A DNA stretch of 20,000 nucleotides from an uncultured virus (IMG/VR IMGVR_UViG_3300047444_000174) (IMGVR_UViG_3300047444_000174); one strand, 5' to 3'; shown: positions 7,267 through 15,585, numbered from the stretch's first letter. Notes: a model not told the origin generated them from the letters alone. Numbers and translations are program-made.

Positions 7267-7494
7267 ATGAGCCAGAACGCACGTACGCAGGGGATCGCAG
7301 CATTCAATGATGTAGCGAAGCCGGTGTACCAGAATCCGTACGCTTTCTCTGCAGACCCGAATTCCGACTATGAGCAGTTTCGCCTTGGATATTTCGTGGC
7401 GCGGCACGAAGGCCATCAAAGCGTTATCCAAAACATGCGCGGCGCGGAACTGCCAGCCGGATACATCAAAGGGTCGCAGCGTTACACCGCATAA
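7267..7494 (+). CDS. First PL gene, hypothetical 75 aa
   Basis: GGAG RBS; ATG about 50 nt after the PL -10. Confidence 0.7.
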   Translation: MSQNARTQGIAAFNDVAKPVYQNPYAFSADPNSDYEQFRLGYFVARHEGHQSVIQNMRGAELPAGYIKGSQRYTA

Positions 7495-7535
7495 AGCTCA
7501 AAACCGCCGCAGAGCACCGCGGCAACAGGAAGGAA

Positions 7536-7638
7536 GGTCGAAACCCGGGCCAAACCTAGTGCATGAGTGCACACGCTATAGGCGAGTACCTAACAGTACG
7601 CACCCGGGTCTGAGCGTAACGCGCTCACTGACGAGACC
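7536..7638 (+). ncRNA. Type II hammerhead ribozyme (predicted cleavage after C7610)
   Basis: GGTC(II)-GAAA-CCCGGG(III)...CCCGGG-TC|TGAGCG(I)-TAACG-CGCTCA-CTGACGA-GACC(II); all core nucleotides and three stems present. Confidence 0.88.
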
Positions 7639-7693
7639 GTGAATAACCGCAGTAGAGGAACACAGGCGCACGGCGTCGCCTGGTGGGGCAAGA

Positions 7694-7706
7694 GATCTTT
7701 AACAAC
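7694..7706 (+). promoter_or_regulatory. boxA-like (nutL-like) element
   Basis: GATCTTTAACAAC resembles boxA GCTCTTTAACA and directly precedes a long hairpin, as lambda nutL precedes its RNase III site. Confidence 0.6.
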
Positions 7707-8386
7707 GTAGTGGTTTGAGTTTGATCAGAGCTGGCGGCTTGTGTCCGTACGCGGAACATGACGAGCAGTTGGCCATGATAGTCGCCAGCCCTGATCACAT
7801 TCGAACCACTGCAACAGAAGGCATACCAGTAATGGCGGGGCCAACGCGCTACCCCGGAAAAGATCGGCGCCTATCAGTGATCCGCCTGGTCGACAGATTC
7901 GACTATAGAACGGATCGCTGATTGATAACCGCCGCACCTAGGCCGGAGCCAGCATAGCTGGGAGTAGTCGGATTGGTGCGGCAAAGCAGTTTTTCGTGAA
8001 TGGCGTTGTGCGGCGTGGAGTGACACGCACAGTAGGCGTAGAAGGCGTTGCCCGCTTGCGGCCAATGTGCATCGCATGCGGGGCGTTGGAGCCGAAGACA
8101 CCCGGGTGGAGCTTAAGTGCTTTGAAGCTGCGGGGCATACAGAGCTGGGCTGGTGACCCAGACACAGCGCCATTCACGAAGAGCTGCAGCATTGAGGCGA
8201 GAGCATTGAACTCCCTGCATAGCTGAGTATCTGCTGTAGCGAACCGCGAGACCGCGTTCTCGTGCAGTAACTCCGGCTCATAGGCTCCCTGCACAGTACC
8301 AGTGCTCTTTCTTGAATGCTGAAGCTTCTAGCGATTCTCCTTACGGTTGCCGATTCTCGCGAGTCGGTAGCGATAAGGGGAATTGC
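7707..8386 (+). ncRNA. Array of long stem-closed RNA modules in the PL leader
   Basis: Stems 7707-7812, 7873-7922, 7931-7982, 7986-8187, 8188-8320, 8331-8386; most mismatches are G-U on the + strand. Confidence 0.7.
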
Positions 8387-8438
8387 GCATCGGCGTATTG
8401 ACGCCTGTTAGTACAACGAATTGGATCAGGAGACTGAA

Positions 8439-8651
8439 ATGAGCAAATGGTTCGAAGTGAACGTTACGACTTGGAAGCGGGTGCTCGTCGAAGTCGAGGA
8501 TGACGAGACCGCAGAAGACGCCGTTGATATCGCTGTCAACGAGCATTTGATCGGCAAAGACGGCGAAGCATCTGCGCATAGCGACGAACCGCTGGATGGC
8601 CTGAAGCTGGCAAGCGCACGGCGCCATGCAGACGAAGTAATGACGCTTTAG
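8439..8651 (+). CDS. Small acidic hypothetical protein, 70 aa
   Basis: AGGAG RBS; MSKWFEVNVTTWKRVLVEVEDDETAEDAVDIA. Confidence 0.8.
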   Translation: MSKWFEVNVTTWKRVLVEVEDDETAEDAVDIAVNEHLIGKDGEASAHSDEPLDGLKLASARRHADEVMTL

Positions 8652-8660
8652 GAGCCCACT

Positions 8661-8801
8661 ATGTTCTACAGCGACTATGGAATCCGTGTCTACCAGAGAC
8701 GCGCATCCAACTACATTTTGCGTTTCGCGGCGCACTTCGACCAGTACCTGAATGCGCGATTTGTCCGCTCGATCGGCTACGACGAAATCTGCTGGTGCTG
8801 A
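8661..8801 (+). CDS. Small hypothetical protein, 46 aa (MFYSDYGIRVYQRRASNYILRFAAHFDQYLNARFVRSIGYDEICWC); not in ORF track
   Basis: AGGAG RBS; fills the gap between neighbours. Confidence 0.7.
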   Translation: MFYSDYGIRVYQRRASNYILRFAAHFDQYLNARFVRSIGYDEICWC

Positions 8802-8803
8802 CC

Positions 8804-9022
8804 ATGACCACCTCAGACGCATGGCGCAACCGCCCCCTCACAGTTCGCACCCTCGAGCACTGCGATAGCTGCGGCACGTTGAAGGAAGACGTCAAGCAGC
8901 GCGAGGCAGCTAACTACTACCCGCGCTGGTCGATCAAGCTCAAATCGTGCGTCGGCTGTTTTGAGGCGGCCAAGTCCAAGGCTAGTGCCGAGGCGGTCAA
9001 CGAGATTTATGGCTACTGCTGA
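8804..9022 (+). CDS. Small Zn-finger protein (CDSC...CVGC)
   Basis: Two CxxC pairs; 2 nt after upstream stop. Confidence 0.7.
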   Translation: MTTSDAWRNRPLTVRTLEHCDSCGTLKEDVKQREAANYYPRWSIKLKSCVGCFEAAKSKASAEAVNEIYGYC

Positions 9023-9071
9023 CTCACAAACGCATCACGAACCCGCTTCACGACTCATATACGAGGCAATT

Positions 9072-9212
9072 ATGAACATCAACATTCACTACGTCTGGGC
9101 CGGGATCATCGCCTGGAGCGCGCTGTCATTGCTTGCGACGGCCTTCATCCGCGGCGCCAGCGACCGACTCGATGATTCGCCGAAGCGGAAAACTAAGTTG
9201 GGGGTGCAGTGA
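9072..9212 (+). CDS. Small single-TM membrane protein, 46 aa
   Basis: GAGG RBS; hydrophobic N-terminus then FIRGAS and basic tail. Confidence 0.65.
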   Translation: MNINIHYVWAGIIAWSALSLLATAFIRGASDRLDDSPKRKTKLGVQ

Positions 9213-9481
9213 TGGCTGATCAATTGAAAGTCTGGTGGATTCCGCAGATCCCCGGCGCGTCGTTCGAAGTGCGGGTCGCCAGCGTGGACGAGGCGAAGAA
9301 GATTCTGACCGTGCTGGCCGACTACGACATTTTCCAGTACGAGAACCGCATCAAGGGCGACTACTGCAATGCGGGTGGCCTGGTGACGCTGGAAGACGGC
9401 GAGTGGACCGACTGGGAAAACGACGAAGGCGACAGCATCGACGACGTTATGCGGGAGGAAGCATGCGACCAACAGAGCTAG
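9212..9481 (+). CDS. P22 gp17-like protein (anti-exclusion family)
   Basis: LKVWWIPQIPG..F.V.VASVDEA...L.VLADYD.FQYEN.IK.DYCNAGGL...WTDW matches the P22 gene 17 family pattern. Confidence 0.82.
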   Translation: MADQLKVWWIPQIPGASFEVRVASVDEAKKILTVLADYDIFQYENRIKGDYCNAGGLVTLEDGEWTDWENDEGDSIDDVMREEACDQQS

Positions 9482-9594
9482 ATGACTGGGCCTACTGGGC
9501 TGAAGTCGCCAACGAAGTGATGGGCGGACAGAAGCAGGGCGAATGGCTCGCCTGGCTTCGCTTCAGAGGGAAGGTGCTGGGGCCGTTTGATTGA
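9463..9594 (+). CDS. Small Trp-rich hypothetical protein, 43 aa (MRPTELDDWAYWAEV...)
   Basis: GGAGG RBS before ATG 9463. Confidence 0.55.
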   Translation: MRPTELDDWAYWAEVANEVMGGQKQGEWLAWLRFRGKVLGPFD

Positions 9595-9646
9595 TCAAGA
9601 GAAGCCAGCGCGGCTCCAACAGCGCCTATCCGGGTGGGATGCCAGG

Positions 9647-9765
9647 GCCCTGATGGCTAGGTAGCGTGGAGCTTAGGCGGGTGAAGGTAGTTAAGTAAGC
9701 CGCCGATCTGAGAAGCGCTTGAAAACTGGCAGATATGACAGGCTGCCGGTCCTAGCCATGAGGGC
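9647..9765 (+). ncRNA. Stem-closed structured RNA module
   Basis: GCCCTGATGGCTAGG 9647-9661 pairs with CCTAGCCATGAGGGC 9751-9765 (14/15); internal hairpin ACTGGCAG/CTGCCGGT. Confidence 0.5.
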
Positions 9766-9798
9766 GTAACAAACCTTCAACTATTGAGGATGCCTAAC

Positions 9799-9993
9799 AT
9801 GGGTAAATTTGCAAATCAATCGGCCTACCGCGAATTCGAGCGCCAACAGAACCGCAAGCAAGACGCCTACTTCGAACCTGACGCTGAGCCAACCGACGAG
9901 GATCTCGCATCGCAGCATGACGACGATTACTGGCGGCGGCTGGATGCGGGGGCGCGGCGGCATGTGTGGGGCGAGATGGGGAGGATGGGATGA
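9799..9993 (+). CDS. Small acidic hypothetical protein
   Basis: GAGG RBS; ATGA overlap with the next gene. Confidence 0.65.
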   Translation: MGKFANQSAYREFERQQNRKQDAYFEPDAEPTDEDLASQHDDDYWRRLDAGARRHVWGEMGRMG

Positions 9994-10283
9994 ACGACTG
10001 GAACAACTTCAAGGCGTCATTCGCACAGAAGTGCAACGATGCGGAGCCTGCAATGAGCGAGATCAAAGACGGTGGACCGGCGTTTCCCGGTCCGGACCAA
10101 GCTGAGCAAACGGTCGACATCAACGAAGGCATGACGCTGCGCGACTACTTCGCAGCGAAGGCGATGCAGGCCGTCGTACTGAAGCAGAACGAATTGCACG
10201 ACATCCAGGCGATGTACGACCGATTAGCGCTGCATGCGTACAAGGTAGCCGATGCGATGCTGAAGGCTAGAGGTGAATCATGA
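9990..10283 (+). CDS. Conserved phage protein (GGPAFP...GMTLRDYFAAKAMQ...AYKVADAMLKAR family)
   Basis: Widespread phage motif GMTLRDYFAAKAMQ. Confidence 0.85.
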   Translation: MNDWNNFKASFAQKCNDAEPAMSEIKDGGPAFPGPDQAEQTVDINEGMTLRDYFAAKAMQAVVLKQNELHDIQAMYDRLALHAYKVADAMLKARGES

Positions 10284-10468
10284 GCCTGACCTACTTTCGC
10301 ACTGAAGACGCGATCGTGACTATCTCCGACATCGCTCGCCAGAAACTCGCCACCGAGCAGCGCGACATTCGCCACGATCAGCAGAGGGCGGAGATATTGA
10401 CGTGGGGCTTGGCTATCTCGGTCGCAATCATTGCGGCGGTGGTTATCAAATATTTGATGGGCGGTTAG
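10280..10468 (+). CDS. Small protein with C-terminal TM helix
   Basis: GAGG RBS, ATGA overlap; ILTWGLAISVAIIAAVVIKYL. Confidence 0.7.
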   Translation: MSLTYFRTEDAIVTISDIARQKLATEQRDIRHDQQRAEILTWGLAISVAIIAAVVIKYLMGG

Positions 10469-10729
10469 ATGGAAGGACTGACTCTCGACGACCTGAAAAT
10501 GCTTCGCCACATGCTCGGCATGACGTATCTACCTCGTGACTGGGGATTCCGCAACTACTACGCGACCAGCGGCGGCAGTGCGATGGAGGCGCTAGATCGC
10601 CTCGCGACGCTAGGCTACGTAGTGAAGGGCCACACCAGCGACAGCATGCATTACTACCACGCAACCGAGGCCGGGTGCATAGCCGCCGGGTTGAACGAAA
10701 AGCAAATCAAACGTGCTTTCGAGGATTGA
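10469..10729 (+). CDS. Hypothetical protein, possible wHTH (LRHMLG...FRNYY...YYHATEAG)
   Basis: Abuts the upstream stop; recurring phage motif. Confidence 0.75.
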   Translation: MEGLTLDDLKMLRHMLGMTYLPRDWGFRNYYATSGGSAMEALDRLATLGYVVKGHTSDSMHYYHATEAGCIAAGLNEKQIKRAFED

Positions 10730-10730
10730 A

Positions 10731-10916
10731 ATGAACATTCCGAAAATGACCGATCTGCGCCATGTCGACACCGGCCTGACCGCCGAACAGCGCCTGGGCG
10801 CTCTGAACGAATCGAAGGCCATGAAGGCTATCAAGTCGCTCGGGAATCGCTGGCTTTTGGCGAAGGACTACGACGGCCACTATCAGCCGGAGTTGCATGC
10901 GCGGGGTGCTGCATGA
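10731..10916 (+). CDS. Small hypothetical protein (AIKSLGNRWLLA motif)
   Basis: GAGG RBS; ATGA overlap downstream. Confidence 0.7.
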   Translation: MNIPKMTDLRHVDTGLTAEQRLGALNESKAMKAIKSLGNRWLLAKDYDGHYQPELHARGAA

Positions 10917-11230
10917 AGAAGCGCTACCAGTTGGAGTATTCCGGCTCAAGCCGCATGGTTATCGAGATTGACGACGTCGTTTTCACTGACGCGCATTTCA
11001 AGGAGTGCAGTGATTTCTGGTCCAACAAGCCGAATTTCAAAGACTGGCTTGGGATGGTCTATCTGATCGCTCTGCGCGAAAGCATCGCTTCGTGGAACTC
11101 GACGGCCAGTCTACGCGAGGGGAAGGAAGAGGGATTCCCGAAGATGGACGGCAGCGAGGGAATCACGATCATCAGTTTCGACGATTTCGAGTTTGACGAC
11201 TTCGAGATTGAGTGCCGGGAGGTGACATGA
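10913..11230 (+). CDS. DUF2528-like phage protein
   Basis: MVIEID...FW...EGFPKMDGSEGITI motif. Confidence 0.7.
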   Translation: MKKRYQLEYSGSSRMVIEIDDVVFTDAHFKECSDFWSNKPNFKDWLGMVYLIALRESIASWNSTASLREGKEEGFPKMDGSEGITIISFDDFEFDDFEIECREVT

Positions 11231-11418
11231 CCCGCTACGACAACGCTCTTCACGTCATGGAGCTGCAAGGCGGCTCGTTCGTGAAGTCACTGGCCAACTG
11301 CTACCTCATGGCCGATCCATTCAACAAAGCAAAGCTGCGCGAAACGTTCGCCGGGTACTTCGATGTGTATGAGGCGAGGTTCGAGCAGTGGAAGGAACAA
11401 CATAAGGAGGCTGCGTGA
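11227..11418 (+). CDS. Small conserved phage protein (GGSFVKSLA...ADPFNKAKL..TF)
   Basis: GGAGG RBS; overlap-coupled on both sides. Confidence 0.75.
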   Translation: MTRYDNALHVMELQGGSFVKSLANCYLMADPFNKAKLRETFAGYFDVYEARFEQWKEQHKEAA

Positions 11419-11882
11419 GAGAAATCCCGCTTACGCGAGGCTTGGTGGCCTTGGTTGACGACGCGGATTATGAGGAATTGGCGAAGCACAAGTGGTTTTG
11501 TGATAGCCGCGGATACGTGGCGCGGAAGGTTCCCCATCCTCTCAAGCGCCAGGTAACCGAGCTAATGCATCGCGTAATTCTGGGCCTGGAATATGGCGAT
11601 CCTCGGCAAGGAGACCACAGGAATCGCAATCGACTGGACAATCAAAGGTCCAATCTTCGGCTTGCGAGCAATGGAGAAAACCAGCGCAATAAAGGCGACT
11701 ATGCAACAAACACATCGGGGGTTAGGGGCGTGTATTGGTACAAACCAACCCAGCGATGGAAGGCGCAAATTAATGTAGATGGAAAGAAAAAGCACCTTGG
11801 GTATTTCCAGTCCATTGATGACGCATCAGAGGCATATAAACAGGCTGTACGCCAACTGCATGGCGAATTTGGCGCCGTTTAG
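11415..11882 (+). CDS. HNH endonuclease with AP2 domain
   Basis: IPLTRG..ALVDD.DY, MHRVI, DHRNRNRLDNQRSNLR, NTSGVRGV...HLGYF...HGEF. Confidence 0.92.
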   Translation: MREIPLTRGLVALVDDADYEELAKHKWFCDSRGYVARKVPHPLKRQVTELMHRVILGLEYGDPRQGDHRNRNRLDNQRSNLRLASNGENQRNKGDYATNTSGVRGVYWYKPTQRWKAQINVDGKKKHLGYFQSIDDASEAYKQAVRQLHGEFGAV

Positions 11883-11891
11883 GGGAATATT

Positions 11892-13094
11892 ATGAAAACC
11901 GAAATCGCGGTTGCTGAGCAGCCGCAACAACTGATCACAATCGAGCCGACAAGGTACGTCGAGTTGGTTTTCGAACCGTTCGCCAAGCGCCTTGCGAATG
12001 CGAAGACGCTTGCCGAGGCCGCGGAGTTCGACGTGACGACGACAGCAGGCATGGCGGTCGCCGTGAAGCACCGCGCAACGTTCCGCGACATTCGTGTCGC
12101 CAGCGAGAAGGCTCGCAAGGAGCGTAAGGCTCCGATTCTGGAAATCGGCAAGTTGCTGGATAGCCGCCAGAAGGAAATCGAGGCGGAGATAGAGCCCTTC
12201 GAATCTCGCTTCGACGCTGCGATCAAGGCCGAGGAAAAGCGCAAGGACGACGAGAAGATCGCGAAGGCTTTGGCTGAGTCGGCGCGCATCACGGCGATCC
12301 GCAAACGCATCGCCGAAACGCAGGCGATCCCCGCGATGCTGGTCGGCAAGTCGTCCGAGACCATTGCCGCCGCGATTGAAAGTCTGGAGGCGGTGGAGAT
12401 CACGCTGGAGACTCACGCTGAGTTTGCCGGTGAAGGCGAAGTCGCGAAACTCGCCACCATCCACAAGCTGTGGGAAATGTTCAAGGCGCAGCAGGATCAT
12501 GAGGCGCAGCAAGTCCGTATCGCTGCTGAACGTGAGGCGCTTGAGAGGCAGCGTGCGGAGTTGGCGGAGCAGGAACGCCAAGCCGCAGCAGCCCGAGCAG
12601 AGCAGGAAGCACGAGACCGGGCAGAACGTGAGCGGGTCGAGGCTGAGCAGCGGGCGGCGCAGGAGCGGGCGGCGGCAGCAATGCGTGCCGAGCAGGCAGC
12701 GCATCAAGCAAGGATGGCGGCGCAGCAGGCGGAATTGGATCGGCAGCAGGCCGAAATCGCCGCCGAACGCCAACGCCAGGCCGACGAAGCGGCGCGCGCC
12801 GAGCGGGAGAAGCAGGAAGAGATTGCAGCGGAGGCCGAGCGAGTTGCGGCGGAAGAGCGGCGGAAGCGGGAAGAAGCTGAGGCGGCGGCTCGCGCGGAAG
12901 AGGAACGCATTCAAGCGGAGAAGGATGCCGCAGAGGCGGAACGTCAGCGCCGTGAGCGCGTGGAATTTGAGAAGAATGGGCCGGCGGACGTCGAGATCGT
13001 TGCCGTACTGGCCGACCACTACGAAGTAAGTCCTGACGTGGCGCGCGCTTGGCTTGGCCGTCACATGTGGGCATTGATGGAGAAGGCGGCATGA
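11892..13094 (+). CDS. Long coiled-coil (Ala/Glu/Arg/Gln-rich) phage protein upstream of the recombination genes
   Basis: EKARKERKAPILEIGKLLD N-terminal motif; ~180-aa helical low-complexity tract. Confidence 0.88.
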   Translation: MKTEIAVAEQPQQLITIEPTRYVELVFEPFAKRLANAKTLAEAAEFDVTTTAGMAVAVKHRATFRDIRVASEKARKERKAPILEIGKLLDSRQKEIEAEIEPFESRFDAAIKAEEKRKDDEKIAKALAESARITAIRKRIAETQAIPAMLVGKSSETIAAAIESLEAVEITLETHAEFAGEGEVAKLATIHKLWEMFKAQQDHEAQQVRIAAEREALERQRAELAEQERQAAAARAEQEARDRAERERVEAEQRAAQERAAAAMRAEQAAHQARMAAQQAELDRQQAEIAAERQRQADEAARAEREKQEEIAAEAERVAAEERRKREEAEAAARAEEERIQAEKDAAEAERQRRERVEFEKNGPADVEIVAVLADHYEVSPDVARAWLGRHMWALMEKAA

Positions 13095-13294
13095 GCGAAG
13101 CAGTCGAGATTTTCGGCGCCATTAAGGACCACAAGAAGGCGCTGCGAGCGAAGTTCGGAATCAACTGTCCGCAGTGCGCAATCAAACGCCCGAAAGCGCA
13201 TCCGACGATCCTTCTGCCCCAGCAACGTTGCCGGGTGGATGGATATGTTGATCCGCGCCCGGAACTCACGCAAGAAGAATGGAGTTCGGTATGA
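13091..13294 (+). CDS. Small Cys-containing hypothetical protein, 67 aa
   Basis: ATGA overlaps on both sides; CPQC...C. Confidence 0.75.
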   Translation: MSEAVEIFGAIKDHKKALRAKFGINCPQCAIKRPKAHPTILLPQQRCRVDGYVDPRPELTQEEWSSV

Positions 13295-14310
13295 GTAACG
13301 CCGTCGCATTAATCACGGACGAGATTTACGGTGTCCGCGCCAGCTTCGAGGCCGTAAGCGTCGATCGATCGATTAACTTCGAGCGCGAGGCTGGCTTTGC
13401 TATTCAGATGATCACCGCCAGCGACTACGCCCTCGGCGTTGCAATGGGCAACAAGCAGTCGGTCATCGATGCCGTCACGAATGTGGCCGCCATCGGGATC
13501 AGCCTGAATCCTGCCAAGAAGCAAGCGTACCTAGTCCCCCGAAAGAACAAGATTTGTCTGGACCTTTCGTACATGGGCCTGATCGACCTCGCCATTCAGG
13601 AGGGCGGCATCAAGTGGGCGCAGGCCCAACTGGTCTACGAGAAAGATACGTTCGCGCTTAACGGCATGGACAAGATGCCGCTACACCAGTTCAACCCGTT
13701 TGGAAAGGACCGCGGCGAGATCGTGGGCGTTTATGTGGTCGTGAAGACAGCGGACGGAGAATACTTGACGCACACGATGACCATTGCCGACGCCTATGCA
13801 ATCCGCGACAGATCGGACTCTTGGAAGAAGCAGCAACCCGGCAAGCGCGGTCCGTGGGAAAGCGACCCTGGCGAGATGATCAAGAAGACGTGCGTCAAGC
13901 AGGCGTCGAAGTACTGGCCCAAGACGGATCGTCTGGACAAGGCGATCCACTATCTGAACACGGACGGCGGGGAGGGTCTAGCGGAATTGCGACCACAGGC
14001 GCCAGGAGGTTGTGCGCCAGATGTGCTGACGGCGTGGTGCAACAAGGCGAAAGAAGCGCCGAGTGAAGCAGCGCTGCAAACGGTATGGGAAGGCGGCCTC
14101 GCGATCATCAATGCCAGTGGCGACCGCGCTGCGTACAACACGTTCAAGGCGACCGTGAAGAACCGTAAGGACGAGCTAACAAAGGTTCCGAACGACGGTA
14201 AGACGATCGACATGCCGCCCGCCGCACCTCAGCGCGAACCGGGTTCCGATGATGCCGATTTTCAAGCTGACTTTCAACGTCAGATGGCCAAAGAAGGAGC
14301 CGCGCAATGA
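13291..14310 (+). CDS. recT: RecT/Red-beta family single-strand annealing protein
   Basis: [28 protein letters not shown]...EMIKKTCVK; adjacent to exonuclease. Confidence 0.92.
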   Translation: MSNAVALITDEIYGVRASFEAVSVDRSINFEREAGFAIQMITASDYALGVAMGNKQSVIDAVTNVAAIGISLNPAKKQAYLVPRKNKICLDLSYMGLIDLAIQEGGIKWAQAQLVYEKDTFALNGMDKMPLHQFNPFGKDRGEIVGVYVVVKTADGEYLTHTMTIADAYAIRDRSDSWKKQQPGKRGPWESDPGEMIKKTCVKQASKYWPKTDRLDKAIHYLNTDGGEGLAELRPQAPGGCAPDVLTAWCNKAKEAPSEAALQTVWEGGLAIINASGDRAAYNTFKATVKNRKDELTKVPNDGKTIDMPPAAPQREPGSDDADFQADFQRQMAKEGAAQ

Positions 14311-14954
14311 TTCCGTACATCCTATCTGATCATGCCCAGGGCACCCCGGAGTGGAAAGCAGATCGTGCCGGTCGAGCGACCGGCTCCAAGGCATCCGCGG
14401 TACAAGCCAAGGGGAAGAGCGGCGCAGAGGCAGCTACGCGCGCCGACTACCGCGTTCAACTCTCATTGGAGCGCTTGCTGGGTGAGCCGTGCGACGACGA
14501 ATTCACGTCGCGCGACATTCAGAACGGTATTGAGCGCGAGCCATTCGCCCGCATGGCTTTCGAGGCCCGAACCGGGTTGTTCGTCCAGGAGGCAGGCTTC
14601 GCTTACTGGGAAAAGCTAATGGTGGGCTGCAGTGTTGATGGATTCTCGGAAGAGGGTCAACGACGCGGCTTTGCCGAAATCAAATGCCCCAAGAGCAAAA
14701 CGCATCTTGAGTATCTGACCGGTAACCGACTACCTCCGGTCTATCGACCGCAGGTATTGCACAACTTCCTTGTGACGGGCTGCGACTACGCAGACTTCAT
14801 TTCCTTCGATCCGAAGATGCCCGAGAAACTTCAACTGTTCGTGTTTAGGGTTGAGCGTGACGAGGATGAAATCCGCGAATACGAAGTTCAGTTGCGTCAG
14901 TTTCTGATGGAAGTCGATGCGACGCACAAGCAACTGGCTTTGATGGCCGCCTAA
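14307..14954 (+). CDS. YqaJ/lambda-exonuclease family alkaline exonuclease
   Basis: QGTPEW...R.G..TGS, G.EREP.AR, SVDG, EIKCP, QV, DFISFDP. Confidence 0.92.
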   Translation: MIPYILSDHAQGTPEWKADRAGRATGSKASAVQAKGKSGAEAATRADYRVQLSLERLLGEPCDDEFTSRDIQNGIEREPFARMAFEARTGLFVQEAGFAYWEKLMVGCSVDGFSEEGQRRGFAEIKCPKSKTHLEYLTGNRLPPVYRPQVLHNFLVTGCDYADFISFDPKMPEKLQLFVFRVERDEDEIREYEVQLRQFLMEVDATHKQLALMAA

Positions 14955-15076
14955 CCCCTCACGCGCCCGCAGCATCAGATGAAGCCACCGGCGTGAATCT
15001 CTGAGTAAGTCTGTTGGTGCGCCCCTCGCATCAATTCCCCGGGCGTTATTGGTCCTCCGCTTGGGGGCGTGTGTTT

Positions 15077-15100
15077 GGCCCGCTTCGGCGGGGCTTTTTT
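15077..15100 (+). terminator. Intrinsic terminator
   Basis: CCCGC-TTCG-GCGGG followed by GCTTTTTT. Confidence 0.8.
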
Positions 15101-15112
15101 ATGAGAGACATC

Positions 15113-15529
15113 ATGAATGCAAAAGAACTTGCTGCCCAACTGAACAGCATCCAGTACCCGGTTCGCATCCCGAAAACGCTCACCGATGCAGCAAAGGCTG
15201 ACGGACTTGTCATTGTTTACGGCGCCAGCGACGACTTGATGGAGTTCGAAGGAGCAATTTATGGCGAGGTCGGTGTGTATGACGGCGGAACGGCTTTCGT
15301 CGACGCGAAAGGCCTGTTGCCCGATCGGGACAGCATTGAGGACGACGACGACTTGAAAGACTATTTTGCACGCCAGCCCAATGCCAAGCCGATTGAGGCG
15401 CAGTGGTCAGAAGGTGCGTACTCGTGGATGTACAAGACCGAGATACCTCACGAAACGTTTGAGGTGTTAGAGGACGGTGAGCCACCGTATTGCCGCGGCA
15501 TCGTGTTCGCGCTAGCCGACGTCAAGTAG
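15113..15529 (+). CDS. Conserved phage protein (GLVIVYGASDDLMEFEGAI...CRGIVF)
   Basis: Recurring phage/prophage motif; function unknown. Confidence 0.82.
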   Translation: MNAKELAAQLNSIQYPVRIPKTLTDAAKADGLVIVYGASDDLMEFEGAIYGEVGVYDGGTAFVDAKGLLPDRDSIEDDDDLKDYFARQPNAKPIEAQWSEGAYSWMYKTEIPHETFEVLEDGEPPYCRGIVFALADVK

Positions 15530-15585
15530 GCATATCTGCCACCCGAATAAACGGCGTTTATGCGCCATTTGATAGAGCTGGAGCT

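Noticed and set aside
7715..8294. ORFs 7715-7921, 7996-8226, 7874-8173 and 7938-8294
   Set aside because: No clear RBS and starts buried in stems; G-U-biased pairing favours RNA structure, though tiny loop ORFs are not excluded
8262..8300. Twister-like TAACTCC...CTCCC segment
   Set aside because: Remaining twister conserved elements and pseudoknots not found by eye
7495..8430. tRNA genes or CRISPR array
   Set aside because: No canonical T-arm in a cloverleaf with acceptor end; repeats are inverted, not regularly spaced direct repeats
9707..9730. Possible second hammerhead (CTGAGAAG...GAAAAC)
   Set aside because: Core is not CUGAnGA and stems I and III cannot be formed
11892..13094. TolA or tape-measure annotation
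   Set aside because: Similarity is only compositional; no TM anchor, and the context is the recombination module
11826..13269. Long ORFs 11826-13064 (-), 12481-13269 (-) and 12364-13029 (+)
   Set aside because: Shadow frames of the GC-rich low-complexity coiled-coil gene
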